A stretch of DNA of 64,000 nucleotides from Felis catus (GCF_018350175.1 NC_058369.1:25236001-25300000), one strand, 5' to 3'; numbered from the stretch's first letter, positions 28,113 through 41,990 are shown. Numbers and translations: made by a program. Notes: a model not told the origin generated them from the letters alone.

Positions 28113-29864
28113 AAAAGGCAAGTATTTCTACTGTTATGCAAAGGAGCCCATTATGAGATGTGCCTAGCACTTTTCAGACAAGTGACAATAGTCATGTCTG
28201 CAGTCAAGTCAGTTTCACTGAATCAAGTTAAAAAATAAACAATGTGGCTACTTCTCACCCCCATCCACCATAGTTAAACAGTGGAGGAACATATTATGGT
28301 ATCCAGAAGATGAAGAACTGATTGCTCCTGCTCAAGTGCCTTTGCAGTCTGTGGTGTCTGTGGTCAACACACAAAACTGGGTTAGGTTTTGGATGCATTT
28401 TAAAATATTCGCCCAAGAGCCACACTGGAGGATAATCTAAAACTCCCCCCCCCCTTTTTTTTTAATGAAGAATAATCTATGGTTTTGACTTCTACTCCAG
28501 ACATACCAAAACACCTTCAAAGCTTCAAAAAGATGTTGGTAGACAGCAGAGAAAGGACACCAGCACATCTATGATACCAAGTCCCCCACAAGTTTATTTT
28601 GATGAACTTTACAGGTTTCAAAGGGTAAAGTATTTCATCATTGGTTCTGATTTTTACCTTCTGCCAAGCTAATTTCAAAATAGTAGGCAATCGGAAGAAT
28701 ATACTCAGACATTAATGATCTTTGCAACCTTACGTCTCCCCACTTTTTGGATGGAAGCCAGCAGTCTGCCCTTAAACTATAAGCAATAAATCTACAAGAC
28801 TCTCCTAATTTCCCAATGATACCACATGCAATTCCCATTAAAGCACACACGTACACAGTGACATACCAGTTAAATCACTGTGTGATTTAGGCCAGGAAAT
28901 AATTGTGTTCGCCAAGAAATATTCAGCTTTGTTTTAAATTCCTTGAACAGTTAAAATGTCATTCTGAGAAGGAGGGCAAGAATGATGTAAAAATGGAGAA
29001 TCACTGTCTTGGTTGATTTCAGACTTAGATAAACCTTCCCATGGGTGGAGGAGGCAGTACAGACTTCCCAGGAATGAAGGCCTCCCCAAACTACCTCTCC
29101 AAGGACTCCTGGCATGGATTGATAGAGAGGGGGAAATCAGATTCACGTGAGACAGATGAGGCAGTGGAACCACACACTTCCTCCCTGAGAAAGTGGCCCT
29201 GGTACTAGGCTCCAGCTCCTCTCTGATGGGGCTGAGACCAGCAAAATGGCACACACCACTTTCTTGGCCAGGCAATAGGAAGAAATCAATGCACCTTGTC
29301 CCCTTCATTAGGTTTCCCATGAGAGATGTTTACAAAATCAAAGCAATATGGGGGAAGTAAATTAGAAGCTTGTTATATTTTGTCATGAGGTGAAACAGAG
29401 ACTTCCCAGAAAAAACATTAAAGCAGTGACTAAGTATTTAAAAACTAAAATTAAAAAGGGAGGTCAAAGTTCCTGGCTAAAATGATTGCAATCTAAGAAT
29501 GAGGAGCTGAGTCAATACAAGGCCATCCTTCAGGTAAGTAGCACTGTTTTGTGGACACAGAGCCAGTGAATTCACAGGAGGGCTGAGAAGGAAAAGCCCC
29601 AGACAGGCACAGCTGTCCAGGACGAGGCGGGCAGGAAGGTGGGACGGGTACCATGTTGCACCTGCCACTTCCCCATCTGCCCGTGAGGGGTGCGATATTC
29701 TCTGGTTCTCAAATAGAGCACCTGAGGACTGGGTTTTCAAGTTTCTAGGAAAAGTGTAGCTTTTCTTTTGATGAGGGCTTTCTTATTTTTTGTAAATATA
29801 ACAAATTCAAAGCAAAAGGAATTTAAGTACTGAGAATATGAAAATCCTCCCTAGTCAACCTCAA

Positions 29865-30065
29865 CAAAACTGTACTTTATAGTTCCAGATTGCTAAGGGA
29901 CCAGATCTTAAACATTCTCACCACAAAAAAGAAATGATAATTATGTGACTTGGTAGCGGTGTTGGCTAAGGCTTCGGTGGTAATCCTATTGATACATGTA
30001 AGGTAACCAAATCAACTTATCATATACCTCAAAATTACACACTATCTCAATTATACCTACCTTAA
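29865..30065 (+). mobile_element. Old L1 (L1MA-like) 3' fragment
   Basis: gatcttaaacattctcaccacaaaaaagaaatgataattatgtgac...ctcaattatacc. Confidence 0.7.
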
Positions 30066-30827
30066 AAACAAAAAGAAAACCCTCCCAAACATCCTCCCTG
30101 CCCCAGCATTTTGAAGACTCTTCCGGACTGTCTCTATTTCATGCATCACATGGAGTATGGCTTGACCTAAGTTAGATCCTAACATACAGAACACTTGTTC
30201 TGATAAATCTCCATTAGCAAATAATGAATACAGTTCCTTTTGGGAGAAGCATGTGGGACGAATGAGAAAAACAACAAAAGATCCTAATGAGGTAAGAATT
30301 AGGACCACTGGGCCAAATGGTTTCTTAAGGTCCTGCCAGCTTTCATTATCCATCCATTTTTCACAAAGAGAAAACACCACTATTCAAAAGCAGTAAGACA
30401 GGCCCTTTCACCTGTTCCACAGCTGGTTGTGTACATGGAAAAGGCAACAGGACACACATATCAAGAAGGTTTCCCGGTGAAGTGCCCAACACATGTAGGC
30501 GACCTGCTGATGTGGGTATCCTGAATGCTGTTCTGTTGGGTAACCCAATTACTAATACTCATCCTGAAAGTTTTCAAAAATTACACAACATTAGGGGATT
30601 TTATGATTCGTTGACTAGTCTCATGTAAATAACAGAATTGGGTAAAATGAAAAGGGAAACTCTGACAAACCCAAGAAGAGGGCTGACAACATCCTCTAGC
30701 CCACACAGTAAATAAAAATCTAGGAGCACCACTCTTCAGAGTAAGGCAGCTGGAAGAGCGCCAGGGTGGGGAGATTCTACAGACCGAGTGGTGGAGAGGA
30801 AGTAATTTGCTTGTTAAAACTAAATTC

Positions 30828-31014
30828 TCGGTTAAGCGATCGACTCTTGATTTCGGCTCATGTCATGTCACCGTTCGTGAGTTCAAGCCCCACATTGGGC
30901 TCTGCACTGACAGAGTGGAGGCTACTTGGGATTCTATCCCACTCTGTGCCCCTCCCCCAGTCATGCTGTCTCAGTCTCTCTCTCTCAAAATAAACACATA
31001 AACTTAAAAAAAAA
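30828..31014 (+). mobile_element. 5'-truncated Can-SINE
   Basis: Begins tcggttaagcgatcgactcttgatttcggctca and ends in an A tail. Confidence 0.82.
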
Positions 31015-31429
31015 CTGTAAGTGCCATTTGTGATTAAAATCACAACACATGCGTTAGCCTGGTTATCGAAGAAGAATGATCTCTGCCTAGAAAACTTTGC
31101 CTGATCTAAAAAGCAGTATTTAACTGTACCCCAAGGTTCTCTCTTCTCATTTATTCACGAATAACCTCAGATAATGTCCCAGAATTTATTAACTGATATT
31201 TTAAAGGTTAGAAATGTACTTTACACTGGCAAGGCCATTTTGCGTGCTTGAGAATAACTTTCCTCCAAAAGTTTATAGTTCATTTTTGGAAACAAAGCTA
31301 AAAGGCATGAAATTAGAGATAATAATGTTATACCTTATAGAATGAATGCACTTAGTTATTATGCAATTGAGCTCCAAGTGTAAGGGAATTTCAGAGAAGG
31401 GGGGAGTTGAACAGAAGAAGGCTCCCCCA

Positions 31430-31696
31430 GGGGCGCCTGGGTGGCGCAGTCGGTTAAGCGTCCGACTTCAGCCAGGTCACGATCTCTCGGTCCGTGAGTT
31501 CGAGCCCCGCGGCGGGCTCTGGGCTGATGGCTCGGAGCCTGGAGCCTGTTTCCGATTCTGTGTCTCCCTCTCTCTCTGCCCCTCCCCCGTTCACGCTCTG
31601 TCTCTCTCTGTCCCAAAAATAAATAAACGTTGAAAAAAAAATTGAAAAAAAAAATTTTAAAAAAAATTTAAAAAAAATTAAAAAAAAAAAAAAAAA
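31430..31696 (+). mobile_element. Young SINEC_Fc with a long patterned A tail
   Basis: Near-consensus, CpG-intact copy with flanking ggctccccca repeats. Confidence 0.95.
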
Positions 31697-32455
31697 GAAG
31701 GCGGCTCCCCCAGAGAAGTGTCTTCACAAGGTAGACAGGTCCCTAACTGGATCCTAGGGCACTGGGAGCTTTGAGGTAGGTAGTGAAGAGACCATTTCAA
31801 GCAAATGTATATACAAAGGCACATGTAACCAACTACACCACCCCCATGGTAAGCATTCAGTAAATGGCCATTACACCTCAAGGTAAACGTGCAACCTTCC
31901 TCATCAGCCAGAACAAATTGCTCTAGAAGCCGTGGAGTAAGCGACAAACACAGTAATGCTTCTGTCTGAAACACCCCAATCAGCCTGAAAGAATGCGCAC
32001 CAGAGGGGCTGGGAGGCACAAAGGAGCTCATTTTGGCATGTGGCACATCTTGCAATCAGGCGAGACCTGAACACCGTGGTCCTTACAGAGGTGAGCACAA
32101 GCCTGATTTGGCAGGCAGGAGTTCGGGGAAGGGTCCCTGATCCAAGCCAAGGTGGCAATGGGCTAGGATCCAGGTAGTGAAGATAGAAGAAAGAGGCAAT
32201 AAAACAGCAGCTTCAAAGGATAAACCAAAAGGACCAGAAAGTTGAATCAATGGAATGAGTCAAACCCCAGGGCCTGCAGACGAGAGGTGCCAGTGACAAA
32301 ACAGAGAAGACTAAAGCTGGGGTCTCGTTACACACATCCCCTTATTTCCAGAATGGGCCTGATTCTCTGCCCATGATACAGATGAAAGGCATTCAGGAAG
32401 GAAGAAGTGGAGTCCTGGTCACCATCCACTTCCCTCCATGACCACAAACATCACT

Positions 32456-32620
32456 GGGGCATCTGGGTGGCTCAGTCTGTTAAGCTTCTGACTCCAGCTC
32501 AGGTCATGATCTCATGGTTTCTGAGTTTGAGCCCCGTGTTAGGCTCTGCTGAAAGCTCAGAGCCTGGAGCCTGTTTCAGATTCTGTGTCTCCCTTTCTCT
32601 TTGCCCCTCCCCTGCTCACA

Positions 32621-32653
<33 letters not shown>

Positions 32654-32685
32654 TCAAAAATAAACACTTAAAAATTTTTTTAAAA
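32456..32685 (+). mobile_element. Can-SINE
   Basis: Consensus head, body and tail. Confidence 0.88.
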
Positions 32686-32816
32686 ATTACTAACTTTTGG
32701 TGTTGGTGAGTGGAAGCATCAGGACCCTTCCCATCTTCTCCAGTCCCTCCCACACATCCTGACTCCCATCTACAGCTGGAGTAAACCAGTGTCATGCTCC
32801 CAGGTAGAGTTCATTG

Positions 32817-32929
32817 AGGAAGGGAAGGAGGGATGGGGGGGAGGGGGGAGAGGGAGGCAGGAACGGAGGGAGGGAGGGAGGGAGGGAGGGAGGGAGAAGG
32901 AGAGGGAGAGGGAGAGGGAGAGAGGGAGA

Positions 32930-32965
<36 letters not shown>

Positions 32966-32970
32966 GAAGA
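32817..32970. repeat. Polypurine compound repeat (GGGA)n/(GGGAGA)n/(GA)n
   Basis: About 150 bp almost entirely A and G. Confidence 0.92.
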
Positions 32971-33065
32971 CCCTGAAATAAAGGCCCTTTGTTAGCTTTT
33001 ACCAACTCTTCAACAAAATTTGTAAAGACCAGAATCACTAAATACAATAAGTAGGATATTGGAAG

Positions 33066-33226
33066 GTACCTGGGTGGCTCAGTCAGTTAAGTATCCAACT
33101 CTTAATTTCAGCTCAGGTTATGATCTCACGGTTTGTGGGATTGAGCCCCATGTCAGGCTCTGCACTGACAGTGTGGAGCCTGCTTGAGATTCTCTCTCCC
33201 CCTTGCTCTCTGCCCCTCCCCCACTC

Positions 33227-33275
<49 letters not shown>

Positions 33276-33782
33276 GGGGCGCCTGGGTGGCGCAGTCCGT
33301 TAAGCATCCGACTTCAGCCAGGTCACGATCTCGCGGTCCGTGAGTTCGAGCCCCGCATCAGGCTCTGGGCTGATGGCTCGGAGCCTGGAGCCTGCTTCCG
33401 ATTCTGTGTCTCCCTCTCTCTCTGCCCCTCCCCCATTCATGCTCTGTCTCTCTCTGTCCCAAAAATAAATAAAAAACGTTGAAAAAAATTAAAAAAAAAA
33501 AAAAAAAGATAGATGGATAAATAAATAAATAAATAAATGGGGTGCCTGGCTGGCTCAGTTGGTTAAGCATCCAACTTCAGCTCGGGTCATGATCTCATGG
33601 TTCGGGAGTTCGAGCTCCGCGTCGGGCTCTGTGCTGACAGCTCACTGCCTGGAGCCCGCTTTGGATTCTGTGTCTCCCTGTCTCTCTCTGCCCCTCTCCC
33701 ACTCATGCTCTATCTGTCTCTCTCTCTCTCAAAGATAAACATTACAAAAAAAACTTTTTTAAATTTTTTTTAATGTTTATCT

Positions 33783-33817
<35 letters not shown>

Positions 33818-33992
33818 CGCGTGCGCATGAGTGGGGGAGGGGCAGAAAGAGAGGGAGACACAGAATCTGAAACAGGCTCCAGGCTCTGAGCTGTCAGCAC
33901 AGAGCCTGATGTGGGGCTCGAACTCATGAACCATGAGATCATGACCTGAGCTGAAGTCGGATGCTCAACTGACTGAGCCACCCAGGTGCCCC
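33066..33992. mobile_element. Cluster of four Can-SINEs around a (TAGA)n repeat
   Basis: Plus copy 33066-33226, (TAGA)12, young plus copy 33276-33507, plus copy 33539-33752, minus copy about 33755-33992. Confidence 0.9.
33227..33275. repeat. (TAGA)12 tetranucleotide microsatellite
   Basis: Read directly. Confidence 0.95.
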
Positions 33993-34034
33993 TACAAAAA
34001 AATTTAATAAAAATAAACAAAATAATCTGGTATT

Positions 34035-34320
34035 GGCACAAAAGGACAGATACTGTATGATTCCCTCTGATCTGAGGTTCCTAGAGTGGTCACATTCACA
34101 GAGACATAAAATAGAATCAGGAGGCTGCGGAAGGGTGAGAGGTTCAGGGCGGAGTAACTCTTTAATGGGCACAGAGCTGCAGTTTGGGAAAATCAAATTC
34201 TGGAGATGGATGGTGGTGATGGTTGCCTAACTATGTATATGTACTTAACGCCACTGAATTAATACTTAAAAATGGTTAAAATGGTACATTTTATGTTGTG
34301 TCTATTTCGCCACATTTTTT
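34035..34320 (+). mobile_element. Old L1 (L1MB-like) 3' fragment
   Basis: aaaggacagatactgtatgattcc...ctggagatggatggtggtgatggttgc...gttaaaatggtacattttatg. Confidence 0.75.
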
Positions 34321-37300
34321 AGCAGGATTCTGAGCAGGAAAGTAACACAAATACAATAATGCTGTAGCACATCTGCAGGAAAAACTAGGAGAGTGGTCAG
34401 TTGGAGCTGAGGTGGGTAGGCTTGCGAGGCAGCTGCTGCAGACATCCAGACGTGAGGTGGGTACAGCCAGCAATGGTGGGAAGATGACAGAGGACATGCT
34501 TGAGGGGCATTTTTAAGAAAAAATGGTGGGACTTTGGGACAAATGGGATACAGAGGTGATGATGAAATATTCCAAGGTACCTTGAGGTACCTATTTTGGG
34601 AACTTGGGAGAGTAGTGGTTTTTGCAGCAAGAAAGAGAATACTGCAAAAGAGAACTTTTCTTTTTTTAAGGAGGATGTAGAGAAGAACTTAACGGAGGTG
34701 ACTAGAGAGTATCTTCTAACACCATATTTTGTTTTTTGGAAATGTGGGATTCAGAGACAGGAAGTCAGGCATGTAGTCACGTCACAGAAACTTAAGGACA
34801 CGTGGGCTAATTAATAGGAGGAGTAAAGAAAAGCAAAGGATCAGGAACTGGGCTTTGTGGGACTACCCAGTTAGAGCACATGAAGAGGAAAAGAAGATAG
34901 AAAAAGTGAAGGTGGCCAAGTAGAAGAGCCAGGAAAAGCTATCAGGCAGTGAAAAATGAAACAGAATTAAAGAATATCAAATAGGTTACATGTAAAAGAA
35001 TGTCAAGATGGATATTTTCAACATGAAAACCACCTTGCTGATGATACAAATCCCTGAGAAAATCATCATATTGATGGATCATTTAGAATCACTCCTCCAT
35101 ATCAATTCCCAGGTCTTTGGCTGCTATTCAGACTCATCCCCTGGTTTCCTATAAAAGAAAGCATATTTTAAAAGTCCATCTAAATAAAATCTTTTTATAT
35201 GTTTGAAAACTTAGAAGAAAACAAGTGATGACAGCAGTGGGAAAAGGTACTGAAAGACCGTCACTGTCAGGCTTTTGTGTGCAGGTAAAAGTTACTATGC
35301 AGGCAAAGCTACCTTCAGACTCAAGATCCTGCCAGGACAAGCCTCCAAACTCTCATGTGAGGGAGAAGAACACGGGACACCAAGTCACCATGCCTCCCAA
35401 GATCTGCTCAGTGCTTTATAGTCTGAACCACTGTTAAATGTAGAAGACATTTTTGCAGGTTTTGAAACAATGCTATCTGAAAAATTTAGAGGCAACCAAT
35501 ACCGAATTTACCACTCATTCTAAATCAGATCATTTTCCTTAACCAAATACTCCCAACTGGTTTAATAATAGCTAGCATTCTGACTCACTGACAATTTCCT
35601 AGAACCCAAAGGAAAAAAAAAAAGATGGAAAGATAAGTTAGAACATTATCAGTATGACTCAAAATTACCAATTTCAGTTGAGTTGATGAAAATGATAAAT
35701 TTCTGCACAAAGGCACCAATACAAATATTAATTTTCAGACTTCTGTTTGGACATTACTCAACACTTGTGGCCATTTGACATGTGCACATCCAACAGCAAC
35801 GACAGGTTTCATAGATCAATTTTGGCTTCTGAGGCTAACAACCTTCTTCCCCAAAAGTAAAGAAATAAAGCCAAAGTGTGGTCTTCACTGAAATTTAATT
35901 CATCTCTGAGAAGAGGATTATACTGTTTCCAGACACTCAGGACAGGCCAAGAGAAAATCATATTCTAAGAAGCAGTAGCTACCACACTGGTTAATGCTTA
36001 TCACTAATGAACATTTTTGGGGCAGTAACAAAGCCCTAATCCTCATAACTTAACCATACTACACTACACACATACATACATACATGCATACACTACAGGC
36101 TTCTGAAGGTACAACTTCATTTCATAAACCTGATTTTTAAAGGCATAAAAAAGAACTCCTGCAATCACTAGTTTGAAAAGAGTGACATCATCTTACACGT
36201 TCCTCAACATGGCAAACGCCTCTTATATCTTGTGTTTAAGTCTGACATACATTTAAGCTCTTTTGAAATTCTCCTGACACTAGAAAAACCCCATGCCAAC
36301 AACTAGGAGACTAATATTAATGAAAGATTAGCCTTATTTTCTCAGCAGCAATAAGCTTCTAGAAGATTTCCTTCTTTTAGAAGAAAACAAATACTATCTG
36401 ATAAAGGGAAGATAGAATCCATTGCAAGACCTCTGGGCTCTTAGATCTGGAACATTATAAGCCGATTGTATCTATATGGTGTTCATCATAAGGGCAACGC
36501 ATGGGTAGAGAGGGCAGAACAGAAGGACCAAGGCTATGAACACCTCTGCCTCCTGGCCCCAAAAAGGCTACAGGAAGGAGAAAAAGTATTATCAAAAGGG
36601 ACATATGGATCCCCTACACCTCCCTTCCCCACTCCCACCAAAAATAAACTCCCCCCAAACCATAAACTTTGAGCACCTCTCAAAGACTTCAAGAGAAGCA
36701 TAAAGGAGATTGTGTTGGCCTAGCTAAGGACCCTCAAACCAGTGCAATTTCTTTCTTTACAGTTTTATTAAAATATGCAAGCACAGTACTTATAAACAAA
36801 GGAGTCATTTCAGTTTTTGCTTAGAAAAATGGGAGCCAATACATTCCTTCTGGGAATTCAGGGTAAGAGCTTTACAAAAAGTGTCCAGATGTGCCTAAAA
36901 AGTTAGTCTGTTCTTTCAGGGAAGAGTGAAGGGAGAAACAAAGGGTGGGAGAGACGTTTTATTAAAAATTGAAAGGGCTATTAGTTTTTCTTGGCTCGTA
37001 CCCTAACCTGCCCCCGCCCCCGCCCATGGACAAACCACACGGGAGCACCTAAGGACCACTGTGGTCTCCCGCAAAGTTGCAGGCAGGCAGGGACTGGCTG
37101 GTGGCAGCATGAGCCTCTGGACCTGTGCAAACCTCCAGAATGCCCTGAGTGGCAACTGGTTCTACCAGGTGATGAAATGGGACAGAGACTCTGAAAGCCA
37201 AGGATCCTCAAATGAGAATCAAGTACTTTTGTATTAAAACATAAAACGATAACCCTTGGGACAAAGTTTCACCAAAATAAAAAAACAAAAAAACCAACAA

Positions 37301-39209
37301 CAACAACAACAAAAACTTTCTTAACTGAAATGTTTTGTCAACATCACATCCCAGTTTTAACCTGGAAGCTCTGCTGAGATTTGAAACTTCCTCAGCCCAG
37401 TGACTCATTCCCAGAGTCCTTTGTAACCACAGAGAGATCTAAGTCTGTTGTTAAGTGCTGCTTCGTTCTCACAGCCGTTGATGCTGGCTCTGGGTCCTGA
37501 AGGTAAAGGAGTGTTTCAAAAAGAGCATAAATAAGGGAGACAGAGAGTCAGGCACATATTGTGAATAAAAAGATAATCCTAATAATAGTTTACATTATCA
37601 CGAACCAAAGTTTATATGAGCAGCTAAGCCCCCTTTCAAAGTAGAGGGCAGCTGCTGGTACGGGCTGAGGAAAATGGTATGTCAGAAATGTGACCTACCT
37701 TCAAGTTTGTTTAACTCAGCTGTCAGCCACCGCTTCCTTCCGCCACCTTTCACTGGGCCAGGGGCGGAGGCGGCATCCTTTTTGAAGTGTTCTGTTTGCA
37801 AAGGCATGGAACTGTCTCAGTACCGAGCACCTGATCTCCGCTGTTCCTCGGCACTCCTGACAAAGGCCAAGTCACCCTCATCAGTCCCCTCAGGGTGACA
37901 GTGGTGACCCCACCAGAGAGGCAGCCCTGGGGGTGCCCTCCTACTGTCCCCCCTAAGAGTCAGAAGAACACATTCCGGGTGAACAGTCTTCATCCCTGAG
38001 GCTGCCGGGAACCCTACATGAAGGAGGCTGGGGACTCAAGGCTGCGCTTACATGGGGACCTGCCAGGTCATGACGACCCTCCAGGCCTCATTCATTCCCC
38101 AAAATGCCGCCCCCACATAAACCCCTTTAGCCAAAAGCCTTAACATGTGTAAGCTGAATATCTGCACTCAGTAGCATAATCTAGCCCTTATTCATACATC
38201 ACCTGTATGAAGGTGAAGGGGCGCCTTTCAGAAGTAGCCAGCATCACCTTTCCAAATTAGAACAGGGTTACATCCCCAGACATTTGGAGTTAAATATTTC
38301 TGTACGTACAGAGGCGGGAGGTACACCAGAACAGGAGAAACAGTCTATGTCATTTATCTCCTTTTCAATCGGGAAATGAAGCCCATTTCAAGATGCTTTC
38401 ACCCAGCCACAAGCTCTCTGCAAAGGTTGCAGCTTCGACCAGCCCAAGGCAGCACAAGGGGAAGAGCCCCACAAAGAGCGAACCCCAAGGAGGCCACCTC
38501 CTCCCTCGCCCCATCAGCCTCACCTCAGCAGTCTGGCCCCAGCCACAGGAGCACACAAATACACTCAGTGAATGACCAGCTGGTGACACCGGGGAGACCC
38601 TCAAATGATCTCTCAAGCATAAGGGAATAGCCACTGTGCCCACCGTTCTTCTGGTGGAGCACCAAAGGCCTCAGGAAAGGGACCACCATTCACGGGGTGT
38701 TGGCAAAGGTTCAGGGGAGGTGTTCACGACCAAGATGCCTTTGGGTGAGAACACCTGGAGGTACAAGCTGCAGGGACTGTGCGATCTCAGGCCTTCCCAC
38801 AGGGGATTAAGACACTATTTGCTCTGCAACCTGCTGTGCATGGAGCCTCTGGTTTAAAACCGCCCTGTAGTCCCTACTACCTATTTTCTTCAAGCACATC
38901 TCTGCTTTTATCTTCTCTCTCTCTCCCCACCCATGAATTGTAAGTCCGGGTCCCCTGCTTGGTCTGTTGAGGGTGGCCCAGACTCGCCTTTGTGGAAAGG
39001 AAGGGGTTGCTTTTACATTAGCTCTTCCAGAAATGCTCTTAGTGTACCCAAGGACCATCACCTGGGACCCACTAAAGCAATACCACCTCAACCTGGGTAG
39101 GTGGTGATCACTCAGGATGACAGCTCCCGGGCCCCAAAGGAATCCCGGGGGACAGCAATCCCTGGGTGAGGAGCTAGGGTGTCTGTGTGTCACAATTCCT
39201 AACCTCTTT

Positions 39210-39405
39210 GGGGTGCCTGAGTGGCTCAGTCGGTTAAGTATCTGACTTTGGCTCAGGTCATGATCTCACAGCTCATGAGTTCGAGCCCTGAGTCGGGCTC
39301 TGTCCTGACAGGATTCTGTGTCTCCCTCTCTCTCTCTCTCTGCCTCTCCCCCATTCATGCTCTGTCTCTCAAAAATGAATAAAAGTTAAACAAAATTTTT
39401 TTTAA
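39210..39405 (+). mobile_element. Can-SINE with an internal deletion
   Basis: Flanking ctaacctcttt repeats; the body lacks the ctcagagcctggagcctg segment. Confidence 0.87.
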
Positions 39406-40034
39406 AATCCCTAACCTCTTTAGTGTTTTTAGTAAGACAGCCTGGTACAAATCGGGGTGCAAGAGAAACAAAAAATGAAGTTAATCTCTCAGCTCTGCAA
39501 TTACTCACACGCAGATTATCTGCCAAACAATTTCTCTTCTCTGATCAATTTTATCTGTGGCTGCCTTTGCCCTGCCCCCGCTACCACCCAGCACATACCC
39601 TGGATCCTCTCCTCCCCTGACAGTTGCTGACAGAGTGGTCCAGTCCTCTGGTTCTGTCAACACCCCAATGTAATTCGGAGCTCATGGGGAATCTGAGGCA
39701 GTGCCCTTGTTTATGGATTCAGTGATTGATTAGGCCCTAAAAGCTCCTGGCCCAGAAGACTAAATGGGCTGAAATCAATCATTAACAGTAGTGCAATGTT
39801 AAAAAACGAGTGATGCAAAGGGGCCTCTGGCCATGTGAACAAACTGGAAAGTGCACAGGAAATGTTAAAGATGAAGCAGAGGGATACCCTGGGCACCTCC
39901 CGGTAAACAACACAGGCACACCAACAATGCCCACTGCAGCTGACGGGGCACACACTGTAAAAAATAAAGTCTTCTGCATAAGAATTTTTTTTTTTTTGGT
40001 CTCTATTTCTTTTCTGTTTAAATTCCAGTTAGTT

Positions 40035-40770
40035 GGGGCACCTGAGTGGCTCAGTCGGTTAAGTGTCCAATTCTTGATTTCAGCTCAGGTCATGATCTCA
40101 GTGTATGGGATCTAGCCCCACATCAGGCTCTGTACTGACTGTGTGGAGCCTGCTTGTGATTCTCTCTCTCTGTCTCTTTGCCCCTCCCCCACTTGTGCAG
40201 ACCCTCTCTTGCTCAAGATAAATAAACTTTAAATACACACACACACACACACACACACGTACATATAGATACACACACAGGTAGGGGTGCCTGGGTGGCT
40301 CAGTCGGTTAAGTGTCAACTTCAGCTCAGGTCATATCACAGTTTGTGAGTTTGAGCCCCACATCGGGCTCTCTTCTGTCAGCATAGAGCCAGCTTCAGAT
40401 CCCCTGTCCCCATCTCTCTCTGCTCCTCCCCCACTTGCTGTCTCCTTCTCTCTCTCAAAATAAATAAACTTAAAAAAAAAAAAAAAAACCCTCATGTTCA
40501 CTTAAACATCTTCCCTTAATATTCTCTACTAAGCAACATCTCATCCACACCTCACTTTAAAACTACCAGACTTAGGGGCACCTTGGTGGCTCAGTCAACT
40601 AAGCATCTGGCTTCAGCTCAGATCATGATCTCATGGTTTATGAGTTCAAACCCTACATCGGGGTCTCTGCTGTCAGCCCAGAACCTGCTTCAGATTCTCT
40701 ATCCCCCTCTCTCTCTGCCCCTCCCCCACTCACACTATCTCTCTCTCTAAAATACACATTTTTTTAGAAA
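40035..40770 (+). mobile_element. Three tandem Can-SINEs (40035-40232, 40284-40488, 40576-40765) with a (CA)n
   Basis: Three heads and tails; the third is flanked by taaaactaccagactta repeats. Confidence 0.88.
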
Positions 40771-41496
40771 TCTTAAAACTACCAGACTTAAAAGCAACAA
40801 AACTTACTCAGAAGGTAAATCATCAGGTGGAAAGATTTAGGCCTTCTCTAATAAATGCATAATAAAACAAGTATAAGGTACACCCAAAATAACAATGAGT
40901 AAATGAGGATTATAAATGTCCATATTTTCCAGGATGTGAAAAATGAGCACACTTATTCCTCTGATAACAGACTGCCAACCAAAGACTAAGCACTTGCTAT
41001 GGGGCTCGGTGCAAAGTGAAATGTTTTAAAGACAGTATCTTATTAAGTCTCAAAACAATGTGGGGGATAAACTGTTAACCCATTCTACAAATGAAGAAAA
41101 TTGCCCAAGGTCATAAATGACAGCAAATGGCAGAGATGGGATTTGAAAACCAAATCTTCCCTCTTCCCAAACACAATTCTTTGTCATTATACAGGACAAG
41201 CTGGCAAACAAGCATGCAGTAAGACCTACAAAACTTTCCCCGTGGGGGACATATGCCAAGCGAACTAACCAAAATGGCAAAGGGGGCAGGCAGGAAACCA
41301 GACTGCACGACCATGTTCAAGCAGCTTGATAATGGCAAAATTTTGGAAATGGCACAAATGCTTCATCAATGGGGCTAAAGGGCCAGCAAAGGGCCAGCAC
41401 ACAACATGAAAGTATTATATGGCCAGTGGCAGTGACATGTCTGTGAACTGTATCAATACATGGAAATGTCTTCAGAAAACAAATTTACCTAACTTG

Positions 41497-41990
41497 AAGG
41501 GATACATGCACCCTGATGTTTATGGCCGCATTATCAACAATAGCCAAATTATGGAAACACCCCAAGTGTCCATCAACTGATGAATGGATAAAGAAGATGA
41601 ATGTATATGTGTGTATATATATAATGGCATACTACTCAGCCATAAAAAGGAATGAAACCTTGCCATTTACAGCAAAGTAGATGGAGTTAGTGGAGGGTAT
41701 TATGCTAAGCAAAATAAGTCATCTGAGAAAGACAAATACCATATGATTTCACTCACATGTGGAATTTAAGAAACAAAACAAATGATCATTGGGAAAAAAG
41801 GGAGAGAGAAAGCAAACCAAAAAACAGACTCTTAACTATAGAGAACAAACTGATGGTTACCAGAGGGGAGATGGGTGGGGGATGGGTGAAATAGGTGATA
41901 GGGATTAAGGAGGGCACTTGTGATGAGCACAGGCTGTTGTATGAAGTGTTGAATCACTAAATTTTACACCTGAAACTAAAAACAAAAACA
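41497..41990 (+). mobile_element. L1 3' end fragment (carnivore L1, ORF2 end and 3' UTR, A-rich tail)
   Basis: tgcaccctgatgtttat...cccaagtgtccatcaactgatgaatggataaagaagatg...gacaaataccatatgatttcactc...gggattaaggagggcacttgtgatgagcac. Confidence 0.88.

Noticed and set aside
33227..33540. Regular repeats that might suggest a CRISPR-like array
   Set aside because: Simple TAGA/TAAA microsatellites without unique spacers, in a eukaryotic context.
41378..41399. 11-bp tandem duplication aagggccagca
   Set aside because: An ordinary slippage duplication within degraded repeat-like sequence.
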